A stretch of DNA of 64,000 nt, from assembly GCA_905234735.1 (NCBI GenBank), contig CAJOJA010000004.1, positions 105,022-169,021 on the forward strand, given 5' to 3'. The position numbers and the translations under genes are program-made. Positions 9,998 through 18,452 of the stretch are shown one piece after another (position 1 is the stretch's first letter; every line of letters starts with the position of its first letter). Origin of the DNA: an uncultured Bacteroidaceae bacterium (lineage in GTDB: Bacteria > Bacteroidota > Bacteroidia > Bacteroidales > Bacteroidaceae). Under the pieces are notes generated by a model. That model had not been told where the DNA came from and made no database searches. It saw only the letters and a program-made list of their open reading frames with translations.

Positions 9998-10978
9998 TTA
10001 TAGGGAATAGGAGAGACTGACGGCCAAGGTGGGTGCACTGACGTGGTACTTAGCATAAGCCAGTCCGAGTTTGAAATTCTTGATGTTGAGTCCGGCACCA
10101 AAGGTGAGTCCGGCGGCATGGCTCGAACCAGCAGCCTTCATCTCATAGGCGCGGCGGAAGTTATAGCCTGCGGCAATATAGAACTGCTTCGTGGGTATAA
10201 TGTCGATGCCCACGTTGAAGTGGTTTATCAATATAGTTCCTGCTTTGGGCTCTTGGCTGACATGATAGTAATACCCCTTGCTCCATCGGGTCAGGTCCAC
10301 CAGTGTCACGGTGAAGCGTATGGGGGCGTGGCCAAGGTTTTTCGAAAAGCCAATCTGAAGGTCGAAAGGCAGTCGCTCATGGTGCTCGCCGTATGCCTTC
10401 ACTTGCCCGCCCAGATTGGCTGCCACGGCCGAGAAGGAAAAACCATGTTCTTCGTCGAAGTAGTTCAGTCCCAAGTCCACAGCCAGTCCCACGGAACTAT
10501 AGTCGGCCAGTTTGGAGTAGATGAAGCGTCCTGTGGCGCCACCACTCCAGCGTTCGCTCAAGTTGTAACAGTACATACCACTTATGGCCATGTCCAGGGC
10601 GTGCATATCGCCTATGACTTCGCCTGTGACCAGGGTTTCCTTCATTTTACCATATCCTACGAATTGCGCGCAAATGCCCCACGTGCCGCGTTCGCCCTGC
10701 GCACGTACAAAGGCTGCGCTACCCGTCTTAGAGCCTCGCATATAGGTCATGAAGTTCACATTCATCGAATTGCTGCTGACATTGGCCATTTGTGCGGGAT
10801 TCTGAAAGATGAGCGAGGCATCGTCCTCGATGGTGGATATGTTCCGACCGCCCAAAGCTATGGAATGTGCCGAGGTGGGCAGGCTGAGGAAGTTGAACAC
10901 ACTGCCGCTTTCCTGTCCCCGTGTGGCAACAGAAAAAACAAGTCCGATGATGAAGAAAAACGACCGGTGTGTCATCAT
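9998..10978 (-). CDS. porQ: outer-membrane beta-barrel, type IX secretion PorQ-like
   Basis: Signal peptide plus [18 protein letters not shown]-terminal motif of the PorV/PorQ family. About 326 aa. porQ-cmk-ispH synteny as I recall it from Porphyromonas. Confidence 0.55.
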   Translation of the reverse strand: MMTHRSFFFIIGLVFSVATRGQESGSVFNFLSLPTSAHSIALGGRNISTIEDDASLIFQNPAQMANVSSNSMNVNFMTYMRGSKTGSAAFVRAQGERGTWGICAQFVGYGKMKETLVTGEVIGDMHALDMAISGMYCYNLSERWSGGATGRFIYSKLADYSSVGLAVDLGLNYFDEEHGFSFSAVAANLGGQVKAYGEHHERLPFDLQIGFSKNLGHAPIRFTVTLVDLTRWSKGYYYHVSQEPKAGTILINHFNVGIDIIPTKQFYIAAGYNFRRAYEMKAAGSSHAAGLTFGAGLNIKNFKLGLAYAKYHVSAPTLAVSLSYSL

Positions 10979-11119
10979 ATTATGTTTTTGCGTCGTAAAG
11001 GTACGCTTTTTTTACCTCTAAAACGCTAAAAGTACCATAAAAGTTGTGTCAGAACCTTAAAAAAGTGGGAAATGGGAAAAAAAATTGCTCAATAGCGAAT
11101 GTAAATGAAAAAATTGTGT

Positions 11120-11127
11120 TACATTTG
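11120..11127 (+). promoter_or_regulatory. candidate -7 box TACATTTG upstream of tonB
   Basis: Matches TAnnTTTG. 34 nt before ATG 11161. Confidence 0.4.
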
Positions 11128-11160
11128 TTCCCGAAGAATGGAAAATTAACGCAAATCTAT

Positions 11161-11877
11161 ATGGAAAACGTAGAGAACAAAACCATCAATGACGAACTTC
11201 AGGGTCAGTCGTGGACCAGTATGCTGATTGGTTACGTACTCGTTCTGGCTGCAATATTTGTGGCTTTTGAGTGGACCCAGCGTGAGATTAAGATTGATGA
11301 GAGTAACGAACCTATCTACGACATGGCAGTCGAGGAGGACATGATTCCCATCACCAAGCAAGAACAGCCCGTGCAGGCTCCCCCTCCACAGGCAGCTCCT
11401 ATGACACCCGAGATTTTGGATGTGGTGGACAATGAGGAAGAACTTGTCGAAGAGGAAATCCAGACTTCTGAGGAGGTGAACCAAAGCATCGTTTCCACTC
11501 CGGGTACGGGTGCTCCCACCGCAGTGGTTGCAGGTCCTCCTGCCCCCGTCGTTGAGGAGGTGGATGATGACCGCATCCTGGACGTTCCCGAAGAGAGCGC
11601 TGAGTTCCCCGGCGACGTTTATGCATGGTTGGCCAAGAATATGCAGTATCCTTCCATCTGCCGCGAGCAGAATATTCAGGGCCGCGTCAGCGTTCAGTTC
11701 GTAATCAACAAGGACGGCTCCATCGTTGATGTCAAGGTCGTTCGTTCGCCGGACGAGCACCTGTCGAAGGAGGCCGAACGCGTGGTTAAGTCCATGCCCA
11801 AGTGGAAGCCCGCTCGTCAGGGTAACAAACCCGTACGTATGCGTTACGTGCTTCCCGTTATGTTCAAGTTGAGCTAA
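11161..11877 (+). CDS. tonB: energy transducer TonB
   Basis: N-terminal TM segment, Pro/Glu-rich linker (PVQAPPPQAAPMTPE), and C-terminal TonB domain GRVSVQFVINKDGSIVDVKVVRS...KWKPARQGNKPVRMRYVLPVMF. ATG 11161 chosen over TTG 11044. Confidence 0.85.
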   Translation: MENVENKTINDELQGQSWTSMLIGYVLVLAAIFVAFEWTQREIKIDESNEPIYDMAVEEDMIPITKQEQPVQAPPPQAAPMTPEILDVVDNEEELVEEEIQTSEEVNQSIVSTPGTGAPTAVVAGPPAPVVEEVDDDRILDVPEESAEFPGDVYAWLAKNMQYPSICREQNIQGRVSVQFVINKDGSIVDVKVVRSPDEHLSKEAERVVKSMPKWKPARQGNKPVRMRYVLPVMFKLS

Positions 11878-11902
11878 AAATCAATTGTAATCTTATACTC
11901 AG

Positions 11903-11929
11903 AGGCTGCCGCATTCCGGCAGCCTTTTT
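11903..11929 (+). terminator. intrinsic terminator after tonB
   Basis: aggctgccg-cattc-cggcagcct followed by ttttt. Confidence 0.8.
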
Positions 11930-11983
11930 GTTCTTCCCGAGTAAAGTTTTCCGAAAACATTCGTCATTCTCCCATATTTTCGT

Positions 11984-11991
11984 TATATTTG
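11984..11991 (+). promoter_or_regulatory. candidate -7 box TATATTTG upstream of the polyprenyl synthase gene
   Basis: Matches TAnnTTTG. 28 nt before ATG 12019. Confidence 0.4.
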
Positions 11992-12018
11992 CATTCGTAA
12001 TCCTTTTTTATATTATAT

Positions 12019-12993
12019 ATGTATACAAGTTCTGAACTTTTGGAGCGGGTGAATCAGGCATTAGCCAGTCTGCCCGATGACCGGCAACCCGCCGGACTGT
12101 ACGACCCTATTCGTTATGCCCTTTCGCTGGGAGGAAAGCGCATCCGTCCCGTACTGATGCTCATGGCCTATAACCTCTACCGGGAAAATCCCGACCACAT
12201 CATGATGCCGGCCCTGGGCGTGGAGACCTATCACAACTTCACCCTGCTGCACGACGACCTGATGGACCGTGCCGACGTTCGTCGCGGTCATGCCACGGTA
12301 CACCGTCGCTGGAACGATAACCAGGCCATCCTTAGTGGCGACACCATGTTGGTCCTGGCCTACCAGCGTGTTGCCCAGTGCAATCCCCGATATTTGCCGG
12401 AGGTGATGGATTTGTTCACCACCACAACGCTGGAGATAGATGAGGGACAGCAGTACGATATTGAGTTCGAGACCCGCAACGACGTGACGGAGGATGAGTA
12501 CATCGAGATGATTCGTCTGAAGACCAGCGTCCTTTTGGCCTGTGCCTTGAAGATGGGTGCCCTGCTGGCCGATGCACCGAAGGCCGATGCCCAGGCCCTT
12601 TATGATTTTGGCGAACAGGTGGGGCTGGCCTTCCAACTTCAGGATGACTACCTGGATGTGTATGGCAACTTCGAAGTCTTTGGCAAGCGCATAGGTGGCG
12701 ACATCCTTTGCAACAAGAAAACCTATATGCTCATCAATGCCCAGTTGCGTGCCAACGAGCAACAGCGGCACGAACTTGACCGCTGGCTCTCGGCCACGGA
12801 CTATGAAGAGGAAGAGAAGATTCGTGCTGTCACTCGCCTCTACGACGAGATAGGTATCTCCCAGTTGGCCCGTCAGAAGATAGAGTACTACTATGCCCTG
12901 GCAGCCCAGAGTCTGGCTCGTGTGAATTTGCCCGAAGAGCGTAAGCGCCTCCTATGGCAGTATGCCCAGCAGATGCTCAACCGCCAGTCATGA
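12019..12993 (+). CDS. polyprenyl diphosphate synthase family protein
   Basis: Both Asp-rich motifs are present: LLHDDLMD and FQLQDDYLD. Confidence 0.85.
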   Translation: MYTSSELLERVNQALASLPDDRQPAGLYDPIRYALSLGGKRIRPVLMLMAYNLYRENPDHIMMPALGVETYHNFTLLHDDLMDRADVRRGHATVHRRWNDNQAILSGDTMLVLAYQRVAQCNPRYLPEVMDLFTTTTLEIDEGQQYDIEFETRNDVTEDEYIEMIRLKTSVLLACALKMGALLADAPKADAQALYDFGEQVGLAFQLQDDYLDVYGNFEVFGKRIGGDILCNKKTYMLINAQLRANEQQRHELDRWLSATDYEEEEKIRAVTRLYDEIGISQLARQKIEYYYALAAQSLARVNLPEERKRLLWQYAQQMLNRQS

Positions 12994-13763
12994 TGGACAC
13001 CCATAGTCATATCTACGGCCCTGAGTTCGACGAAGACCGCGATCAGGTGGTGGCCCGTGCCCGAGAGGCAGGGGTGGAGCGGGTATTGCTGCCCAACATC
13101 AATTCCGATACGGTGGAGCCCATGCTTGCGCTCTGTCGTCGATATCCCGACTATTGTCTCCCCATGATGGGCCTCCATCCCGAAGACGTACGGACTGACT
13201 ATGCAGGTGTTCTCTCCTCCATGCGGGAATTGCTGCAGCAGCCCGCCCATCCCTACATTGCGATTGGGGAGGTGGGACTCGACTTCTACTGGGATCAGAC
13301 CTTCCGCACCGAACAGTTGGGAGCTTTCGAACAGCAGCTCTGCTGGGCGTTCGATTTGGATTTGCCCTTAGTCATTCATTGCCGTGCTGCCCACTGCGAA
13401 CTTGTGGAGGTGATGGAACGTCACCGGGCCGAGCACCTGCGTGGCATCTTCCATTGTTTTGGCGGAACGGTCGAGGAGGCGCAACAATTGCTCTCCTTCC
13501 CTGGTTTTGTTCTGGGCATCGGCGGTGTGCTGACGTACAAGAAGTCAACCCTTCCCGAGGTGTTGCGCAACGTTCCTTTGGAGCGTGTGGTGGTGGAAAC
13601 CGACGCTCCCTATCTGGCTCCTGTCCCCCATCGCGGTAAGCGTAACGAAAGTGCTTTTGTGGCCGATACTTTGCAACGTTTGGCTGAAGTGTACGGAATC
13701 ACCCTGTCAGAGGCTGATAAAGTCACCACAGACACCGCCAAACGGCTCTTCTCGCTCCCCTAA
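12990..13763 (+). CDS. TatD family metal-dependent hydrolase
   Basis: MMDTHSHIYGPEF start with an ATGA overlap onto the upstream stop. ...AIGEVGLDFYW...HCR...ETDAPYL. Confidence 0.85.
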   Translation: MMDTHSHIYGPEFDEDRDQVVARAREAGVERVLLPNINSDTVEPMLALCRRYPDYCLPMMGLHPEDVRTDYAGVLSSMRELLQQPAHPYIAIGEVGLDFYWDQTFRTEQLGAFEQQLCWAFDLDLPLVIHCRAAHCELVEVMERHRAEHLRGIFHCFGGTVEEAQQLLSFPGFVLGIGGVLTYKKSTLPEVLRNVPLERVVVETDAPYLAPVPHRGKRNESAFVADTLQRLAEVYGITLSEADKVTTDTAKRLFSLP

Positions 13764-13899
13764 TTGCCCATTTATACCCTTAAATCGCAAAAAAAGAAGA
13801 AATTTATGAGAGAAAACGTGTGCAGTTCACTTTTTTTTCGTAACTTGCACTCCGAATAAGGCTGAATAGGGCAGAATATGCCCATAAATGTGCCCTTTT

Positions 13900-13987
13900 G
13901 GAGAGATGCTCGAGTGGCTGAAGAGGCACGCCTGGAAAGCGTGTATACGTCAAAAGCGTATCCGGGGTTCGAATCCCCGTCTCTCCG
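13900..13987 (+). tRNA. tRNA-Ser (anticodon GGA)
   Basis: Hand-folded. Acceptor GGAGAGA/TCTCTCC, anticodon stem CACGC/GCGTG with loop CTGGAAA, long variable arm ATACG/CGTAT, T-arm CGGGG-TTCGAAT-CCCCG. CCA is not encoded. Confidence 0.9.
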
Positions 13988-14070
13988 CAAAGATATGGAG
14001 AATACACTCCGTAGAAACGTGAAAATAGTAAAAACAAATAAAAATTAATTAACTTTAAAATCAAAAAACA

Positions 14071-14913
14071 ATGAAAAAGTTATTTGCAATTGTTGCATTG
14101 GTTGCAGCATGTTCTTTTGCTGCAACTTCTAACGTGATGGCACAGGAAGATGTAGAGGCAGCCGAGACCGAGCAGGTTGATACCGCTGCCGTTGACACTG
14201 CTGCTGTTGACACCGCTGCCGTTGAGGCTGTTGCTGAGACTCCTATCGTGGAAGAAGAGAGCGAAAGCCTTCACAAGGTTCTGAAGACAAAGTTCATCGA
14301 GGGTGATGCCGGCTTCATGTCTCTCGTTGCTCTGGCTCTGGTCCTGGGTCTGGCATTCTGCATCGAGCGCGTTATCTATCTGACTTTGGCTCAGGTTAAC
14401 ACCCGTAAGTTCATGTCTGACCTGGCTGACTTGGTTGCTAAGGACAAGGTTGAGGATGCTCTTGCACTTTGCGCCGCTACACGTGGTCCTGTTGCTCGTG
14501 TATCCAGCAAGGCTCTGACTTGCTTGAACAGCAAGGATCAGAACGATATCGCTTCTATTGAGCGCGCTATTAATACCGAGGCTGAGATTCAGGGTTCTTA
14601 TCTCGAACAGCACTGCTCTTGGATTACCTTCTTCATCGCCTCTGCTCCCTCTCTCGGATTCTTGGGTACTGTGATCGGTATGGTTATGGCCTTCGATACG
14701 ATTGAGAAGGCTGGTGATATTTCTCCCACTGTCGTTGCCGGCGGTATGAAGGTGGCCCTGATTACCACTATCTTCGGTATCGTTGTTGCCTTGATTCTGC
14801 AGTTGTTCTACAACTTCATCCTTGGTAGCATCGAAGGTCTGACTGCCAACATGGAAGAGTCCGCTCAGGAACTGCTGACCATGTGCGTGAAGTCGCCCAA
14901 GTGCCAGAAGTAA
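14071..14913 (+). CDS. exbB: MotA/TolQ/ExbB proton-channel family protein
   Basis: Signal peptide, acidic repeat region, then three TM segments with the ...SAPSLGFLGTVIGMVMAF... core. Confidence 0.85.
   Translation: MKKLFAIVALVAACSFAATSNVMAQEDVEAAETEQVDTAAVDTAAVDTAAVEAVAETPIVEEESESLHKVLKTKFIEGDAGFMSLVALALVLGLAFCIERVIYLTLAQVNTRKFMSDLADLVAKDKVEDALALCAATRGPVARVSSKALTCLNSKDQNDIASIERAINTEAEIQGSYLEQHCSWITFFIASAPSLGFLGTVIGMVMAFDTIEKAGDISPTVVAGGMKVALITTIFGIVVALILQLFYNFILGSIEGLTANMEESAQELLTMCVKSPKCQK
14176..14235. repeat. 15-bp tandem repeat x4 inside exbB (VDTAA units)
   Basis: gttgataccgctgcc / gttgacactgctgct / gttgacaccgctgcc / gttgaggctgttgct. Confidence 0.85.
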
Positions 14914-14957
14914 TTAACCCCAATCCACTCATTCTTTAATTATTAAGGAGAGTAATT

Positions 14958-15449
14958 ATGAAATTAGAGAAAATATCCAATAATGTACTATATGCAGTAT
15001 GTGGTCTAATCATTGTGGTCTTCCTGCTGTTCTTCATGGTGGGCTATGATAACTACGACGAGTCGGGCAATGTTGCTCCCACAATGACCAACCTGCTTAT
15101 GGGCCTGATGTATGTGCTGGGTCTTGCCACCTTCTGCCTGATGGTATGGAGCTTGATTAAGAGCGCACGCAGCGCCGCTGGTAGCGATGAGGTAAAAGCT
15201 ACAGGTATCCCAGGCTCAAAGATTGTCATCTTCACTGCAATAGTGACACTGGCCGCATTTGTTCTCGGTTACGTGTTCAATCTTGGCGAGGAGGCTTTCA
15301 CCACCTCCAGTGGTGTTACGACTTCCAGCAGTATGGTTTCCTTGGTCGATGCCTTCATGGTGTCTATCTATTTCCTGGCAGTTGTATCTGTCATTGCTGT
15401 TGTTGTTGCAGGTACGGGTGTAATGACCAAGAGTGCAACTAAGAAGTAA
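14958..15449 (+). CDS. small polytopic membrane protein between exbB and exbD
   Basis: 163 aa with about 4 hydrophobic helices. GC3-rich codon usage matches its neighbours. Function unknown. Confidence 0.55.
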   Translation: MKLEKISNNVLYAVCGLIIVVFLLFFMVGYDNYDESGNVAPTMTNLLMGLMYVLGLATFCLMVWSLIKSARSAAGSDEVKATGIPGSKIVIFTAIVTLAAFVLGYVFNLGEEAFTTSSGVTTSSSMVSLVDAFMVSIYFLAVVSVIAVVVAGTGVMTKSATKK

Positions 15450-15472
15450 AACCGAATTAACTCAAGCGAGAT

Positions 15473-16072
15473 ATGGCAAAGAAAAAAAGGAAAGTACCAG
15501 GTCTGAACGCCAGTTCTACTGCGGACATCTCCTTCATTCTGCTTATCTTCTTCCTGATAACCACCTCTATGGACACGGACATGGGTCTGGCACGTCGTCT
15601 GCCCCAGCCGCCTGACAACGAAGAGATTCAGCAGGAACTGAAGATCAAGGAGCGCAATGTGATGGAGGTTCGTATCAACGCCCAGGGTTACCTGTGGGTG
15701 AAGGACGGCACGGCTTCGAGTTATGTCGACATCCGCGAATTGCGCGACCGTGCAAAGATGTTCATCAAGAACGAGAACAACCTTAGCATTCTGCCTGAGA
15801 AGCACGGCATCAATGTACCCTTATTGGGAATGTGCGCCCTGACAGACAAACATGTGATTTCAGTTCAGACCGACCGCGGCACACCATACAACATGTACTT
15901 CCAGGTACAGAACGAGTTGGTGGCTGCCTACAACGAACTGCGCGATGAACTGTCGAAGCAGAAGTTCGGCCGCATCTATGCTGCGCTGAGCGACGAGCAG
16001 AAGGTTGCTATACGTACCTATTATCCTCAGAAGATTTCTGAGGCAGAACCTAAAAACTATGGAGGGAACTAA
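15473..16072 (+). CDS. exbD: biopolymer transporter ExbD/TolR
   Basis: MAKKKRKVPGLNASSTADISFILLIFFLITTS N-terminal anchor typical of ExbD. Confidence 0.85.
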   Translation: MAKKKRKVPGLNASSTADISFILLIFFLITTSMDTDMGLARRLPQPPDNEEIQQELKIKERNVMEVRINAQGYLWVKDGTASSYVDIRELRDRAKMFIKNENNLSILPEKHGINVPLLGMCALTDKHVISVQTDRGTPYNMYFQVQNELVAAYNELRDELSKQKFGRIYAALSDEQKVAIRTYYPQKISEAEPKNYGGN

Positions 16073-16074
16073 TT

Positions 16075-16511
16075 ATGGCAAAGAAAAAAGGTAGTCGCGA
16101 AATGCCGGAGATGAACACCTCATCTCTGCCTGACTTGATTTTCACATGATTGTAACCACTATGCGCGAGGTTACGCTGAAGGTGAAGTTCGTGGTTCCCG
16201 CAGGTACGGAATTGGAGAAACTGGAAAAGAAATCTGCTGTTTCGTTCATCTACGTAGGTCCTCCTACCGACCAACTGCGTGCTCAGTATGGTAGTTCGAC
16301 CCGCATCCAGCTGAACGACCGCTATGCCGAACCCTCGGAGGTGATGGACTTCATCTACCAGGAGCGTCAGTCCATGTCGGATCAGTCGGCTCAGGTAGTA
16401 TCCATCAAGGCCGACCAGCGCACACAGATGGGCTACATCACCGACATCAAGGAAGTGCTGCGCCGCTCTTGGGCACTGAAGGTCAACTACTCCTCTACCC
16501 ATCGGCAGTAA
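16075..16511 (+). pseudogene. exbD: second exbD paralog, frameshifted inside the TM anchor
   Basis: ATG 16075 reads MAKKKGSREMPEMNTSSLPDLIFT and then TGA at 16147-16149. The rest (MIVTTMREVTLKV..., ORF 16146-16511) continues in another frame. The TM helix is too short, which is consistent with a deletion not divisible by 3. Confidence 0.6.
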
Positions 16512-16537
16512 GCACGATTCTCAAACATGAACCATCA

Positions 16538-16578
16538 AGGGAGAGACCGATATTACGTCGGTCTCTCCCTTTTTTTTA
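16538..16578 (+). terminator. intrinsic terminator after the exbB-exbD cluster
   Basis: 13-bp stem agggagagaccga / tcggtctctccct, 7-nt loop, T9 run. Confidence 0.85.
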
Positions 16579-16616
16579 TTTTCAAGCATTTACTTTCCCA
16601 TTTGACAATAAATTTG

Positions 16617-16624
16617 TAACTTTG
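16617..16624 (+). promoter_or_regulatory. candidate -7 box TAACTTTG upstream of the asnC-folA-thyA genes
   Basis: Matches TAnnTTTG. 21 nt before ATG 16645, just after the exbD terminator. Confidence 0.45.
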
Positions 16625-16644
16625 CAGGACATTAAGGTAAAATA

Positions 16645-17109
16645 ATGATGGTATTAGACGATTTAGACAAAGAAATCCTCAATTTGATTGCGTGCGACGC
16701 TAAGATTCCCTTCCTGGAGGTTGCGCGCAAGTGTGGGGTATCCGGTGCAGCCATTCACCAGCGTGTGCAGAAGCTCATGTCGTCGGGTGTCATTCAGGGT
16801 TCGCAGTATCTGCTCGACCCCGAAATGGTTGGTAACGGCACGTGTGCCTTCGTGGGACTGCTCCTGCGCGACCCCTCCGACTCCGAGCGTGTACTCACTG
16901 AACTCCGGAAGATTCCCGAGATAGTTGAGTGTCACTTCACTACGGGCAACTACGACCTCTTCGTGAAAATCTATGCCCACGACAATGCTCACCTGCTGAG
17001 CATTATTCACGACAAGTTGCAACCCATCGGCATCCAGCGCAGTGAAACGATGATTTCGTTCCATGAGCCCATCCACCGCCAGATGCCCATCTGCACCAGC
17101 CATGATTAG
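16645..17109 (+). CDS. Lrp/AsnC family transcriptional regulator
   Basis: LDDLDKEILNLIACDAKIPFLEVARKCGVSGAAIHQRVQKL HTH region plus a C-terminal RAM-like domain. Confidence 0.85.
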   Translation: MMVLDDLDKEILNLIACDAKIPFLEVARKCGVSGAAIHQRVQKLMSSGVIQGSQYLLDPEMVGNGTCAFVGLLLRDPSDSERVLTELRKIPEIVECHFTTGNYDLFVKIYAHDNAHLLSIIHDKLQPIGIQRSETMISFHEPIHRQMPICTSHD

Positions 17110-17605
17110 TCTAATTGCGGCCGTCTCGCGCAATCGTGCTATTGGCTACCAGAACAAACTGCTCTACTGGTTGCCCAACGACCTGCGTCGTTTCAAGTCG
17201 CTCACCACGGGCCACACCATCATCATGGGGCGCCGCACTTTCGAGTCCCTGCCCAAAGGGGCACTGCCCAACCGCCGCAATATTGTGTTGTCGCACAGCG
17301 GTGCCCAGTTTCCTGGTGCTGAGACGTTTCCCACGCTCGAGGCAGCGCTTATGAGTTGCCGGCCCGACGAGGAGGTTTTCGTGATTGGTGGAGCCAGTGT
17401 CTATCGTCACGCGCTTCACTTGGCCGACCGCCTCTGTTTGACGGAGATCGACGACACTCCGGCCCAGGCCGATGCTTTCTTCCCCGACTATTCTGACTGG
17501 ACGGCCATCTGGGAGGAACAGCACGAGCCCGACGACCGCCATGCCTATCGCTACCGTTTTGTGGATTACGTAAGTGTAAACGCTAACGAAAACAAGAATT
17601 CTTAA
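17102..17605 (+). CDS. folA: dihydrofolate reductase
   Basis: MISLIAAVSRNRAIGYQNKLLYWLPNDLRRFKSLTTGHTIIMGRRTFESL. ATG 17102 overlaps the regulator stop by 8 nt. Confidence 0.9.
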   Translation: MISLIAAVSRNRAIGYQNKLLYWLPNDLRRFKSLTTGHTIIMGRRTFESLPKGALPNRRNIVLSHSGAQFPGAETFPTLEAALMSCRPDEEVFVIGGASVYRHALHLADRLCLTEIDDTPAQADAFFPDYSDWTAIWEEQHEPDDRHAYRYRFVDYVSVNANENKNS

Positions 17606-17626
17606 TTCTTCACTCTTCATTAAACA

Positions 17627-18424
17627 ATGCAGCCGTATCTCCATCTATTGCAGCGCATCCTCGACGAAGGCGTCACGAAGGGTGACCGTACCGGAACGGG
17701 CACCATCAGCATCTTTGGCCACCAGATGCGTTTCGACCTCTCGCAGGGCTTTCCCCTGCTCACCACCAAGAAGGTTCACCTCAAGAGCATCATCTACGAA
17801 CTGCTCTGGTTCCTGCAGGGCGACACGAATGTCCGTTACCTCCAGGAACATGGTGTGCGCATCTGGAACGAATGGGCCGACCCCGTTACGGGCGACCTCG
17901 GCCACATCTATGGCTATCAGTGGCGGTCATGGCCCGACTACAACGGCGGTTTCATAGACCAGATACAGCAGGCCGTCGACGACATCAAGCACAACCCCAA
18001 CAGTCGCCGCATCATCGTTTCGGCCTGGAACGTGGCCGACATCGACAACATGAATCTGCCCCCCTGTCACGCTTTCTTCCAGTTCTACGTGGCCGACGGA
18101 CGCCTCTCGCTGCAGCTCTACCAGCGCAGCGCTGACTGTTTCCTGGGTGTTCCCTTCAACATCGCCTCGTATGCCCTCCTGTGCATGATGATGGCCCAGG
18201 TTTGCGGCCTGCAGCCTGGCGACTTCATCCATACCACGGGCGACACCCACATCTATACGAACCATCTCGATCAGGTTCGTCTCCAGCTCACTCGCAAGCC
18301 TCGCCCCCTGCCGCACATGGTTCTCAATCCCGAGGTCAAGAACATCTTCGACTTCCAGTACGACGACTTCCAGCTCGAGGGTTACGACCCGTGGCCGGCC
18401 ATAAAGGGTGAGGTGTCGGTATAA
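17627..18424 (+). CDS. thyA: thymidylate synthase
   Basis: [16 protein letters not shown]...DRTGTGT...[12 protein letters not shown]. Confidence 0.95.
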   Translation: MQPYLHLLQRILDEGVTKGDRTGTGTISIFGHQMRFDLSQGFPLLTTKKVHLKSIIYELLWFLQGDTNVRYLQEHGVRIWNEWADPVTGDLGHIYGYQWRSWPDYNGGFIDQIQQAVDDIKHNPNSRRIIVSAWNVADIDNMNLPPCHAFFQFYVADGRLSLQLYQRSADCFLGVPFNIASYALLCMMMAQVCGLQPGDFIHTTGDTHIYTNHLDQVRLQLTRKPRPLPHMVLNPEVKNIFDFQYDDFQLEGYDPWPAIKGEVSV

Positions 18425-18452
18425 ATTAATGATTAATAATTAAGCGTTGCAA

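Noticed and set aside
9994-10119. The N-terminal extension of cmk given by the longest ORF (274 aa).
   Set aside because: The extension overlaps the 3' end of the porQ-like gene and has no kinase homology. The P-loop protein starts cleanly at [10 protein letters not shown] (ATG 9993).
13772-14064. Two minus-strand ORFs (72 and 86 aa) around 13.8-14.06 kb.
   Set aside because: They run antisense through tRNA-Ser and AT-rich spacer DNA and show no coding signature.
16130-16160. Programmed ribosomal frameshift joining the two exbD fragments.
   Set aside because: There is no slippery heptamer or downstream structure. The joined product would still have a truncated TM helix, which points to a deletion or sequencing error.
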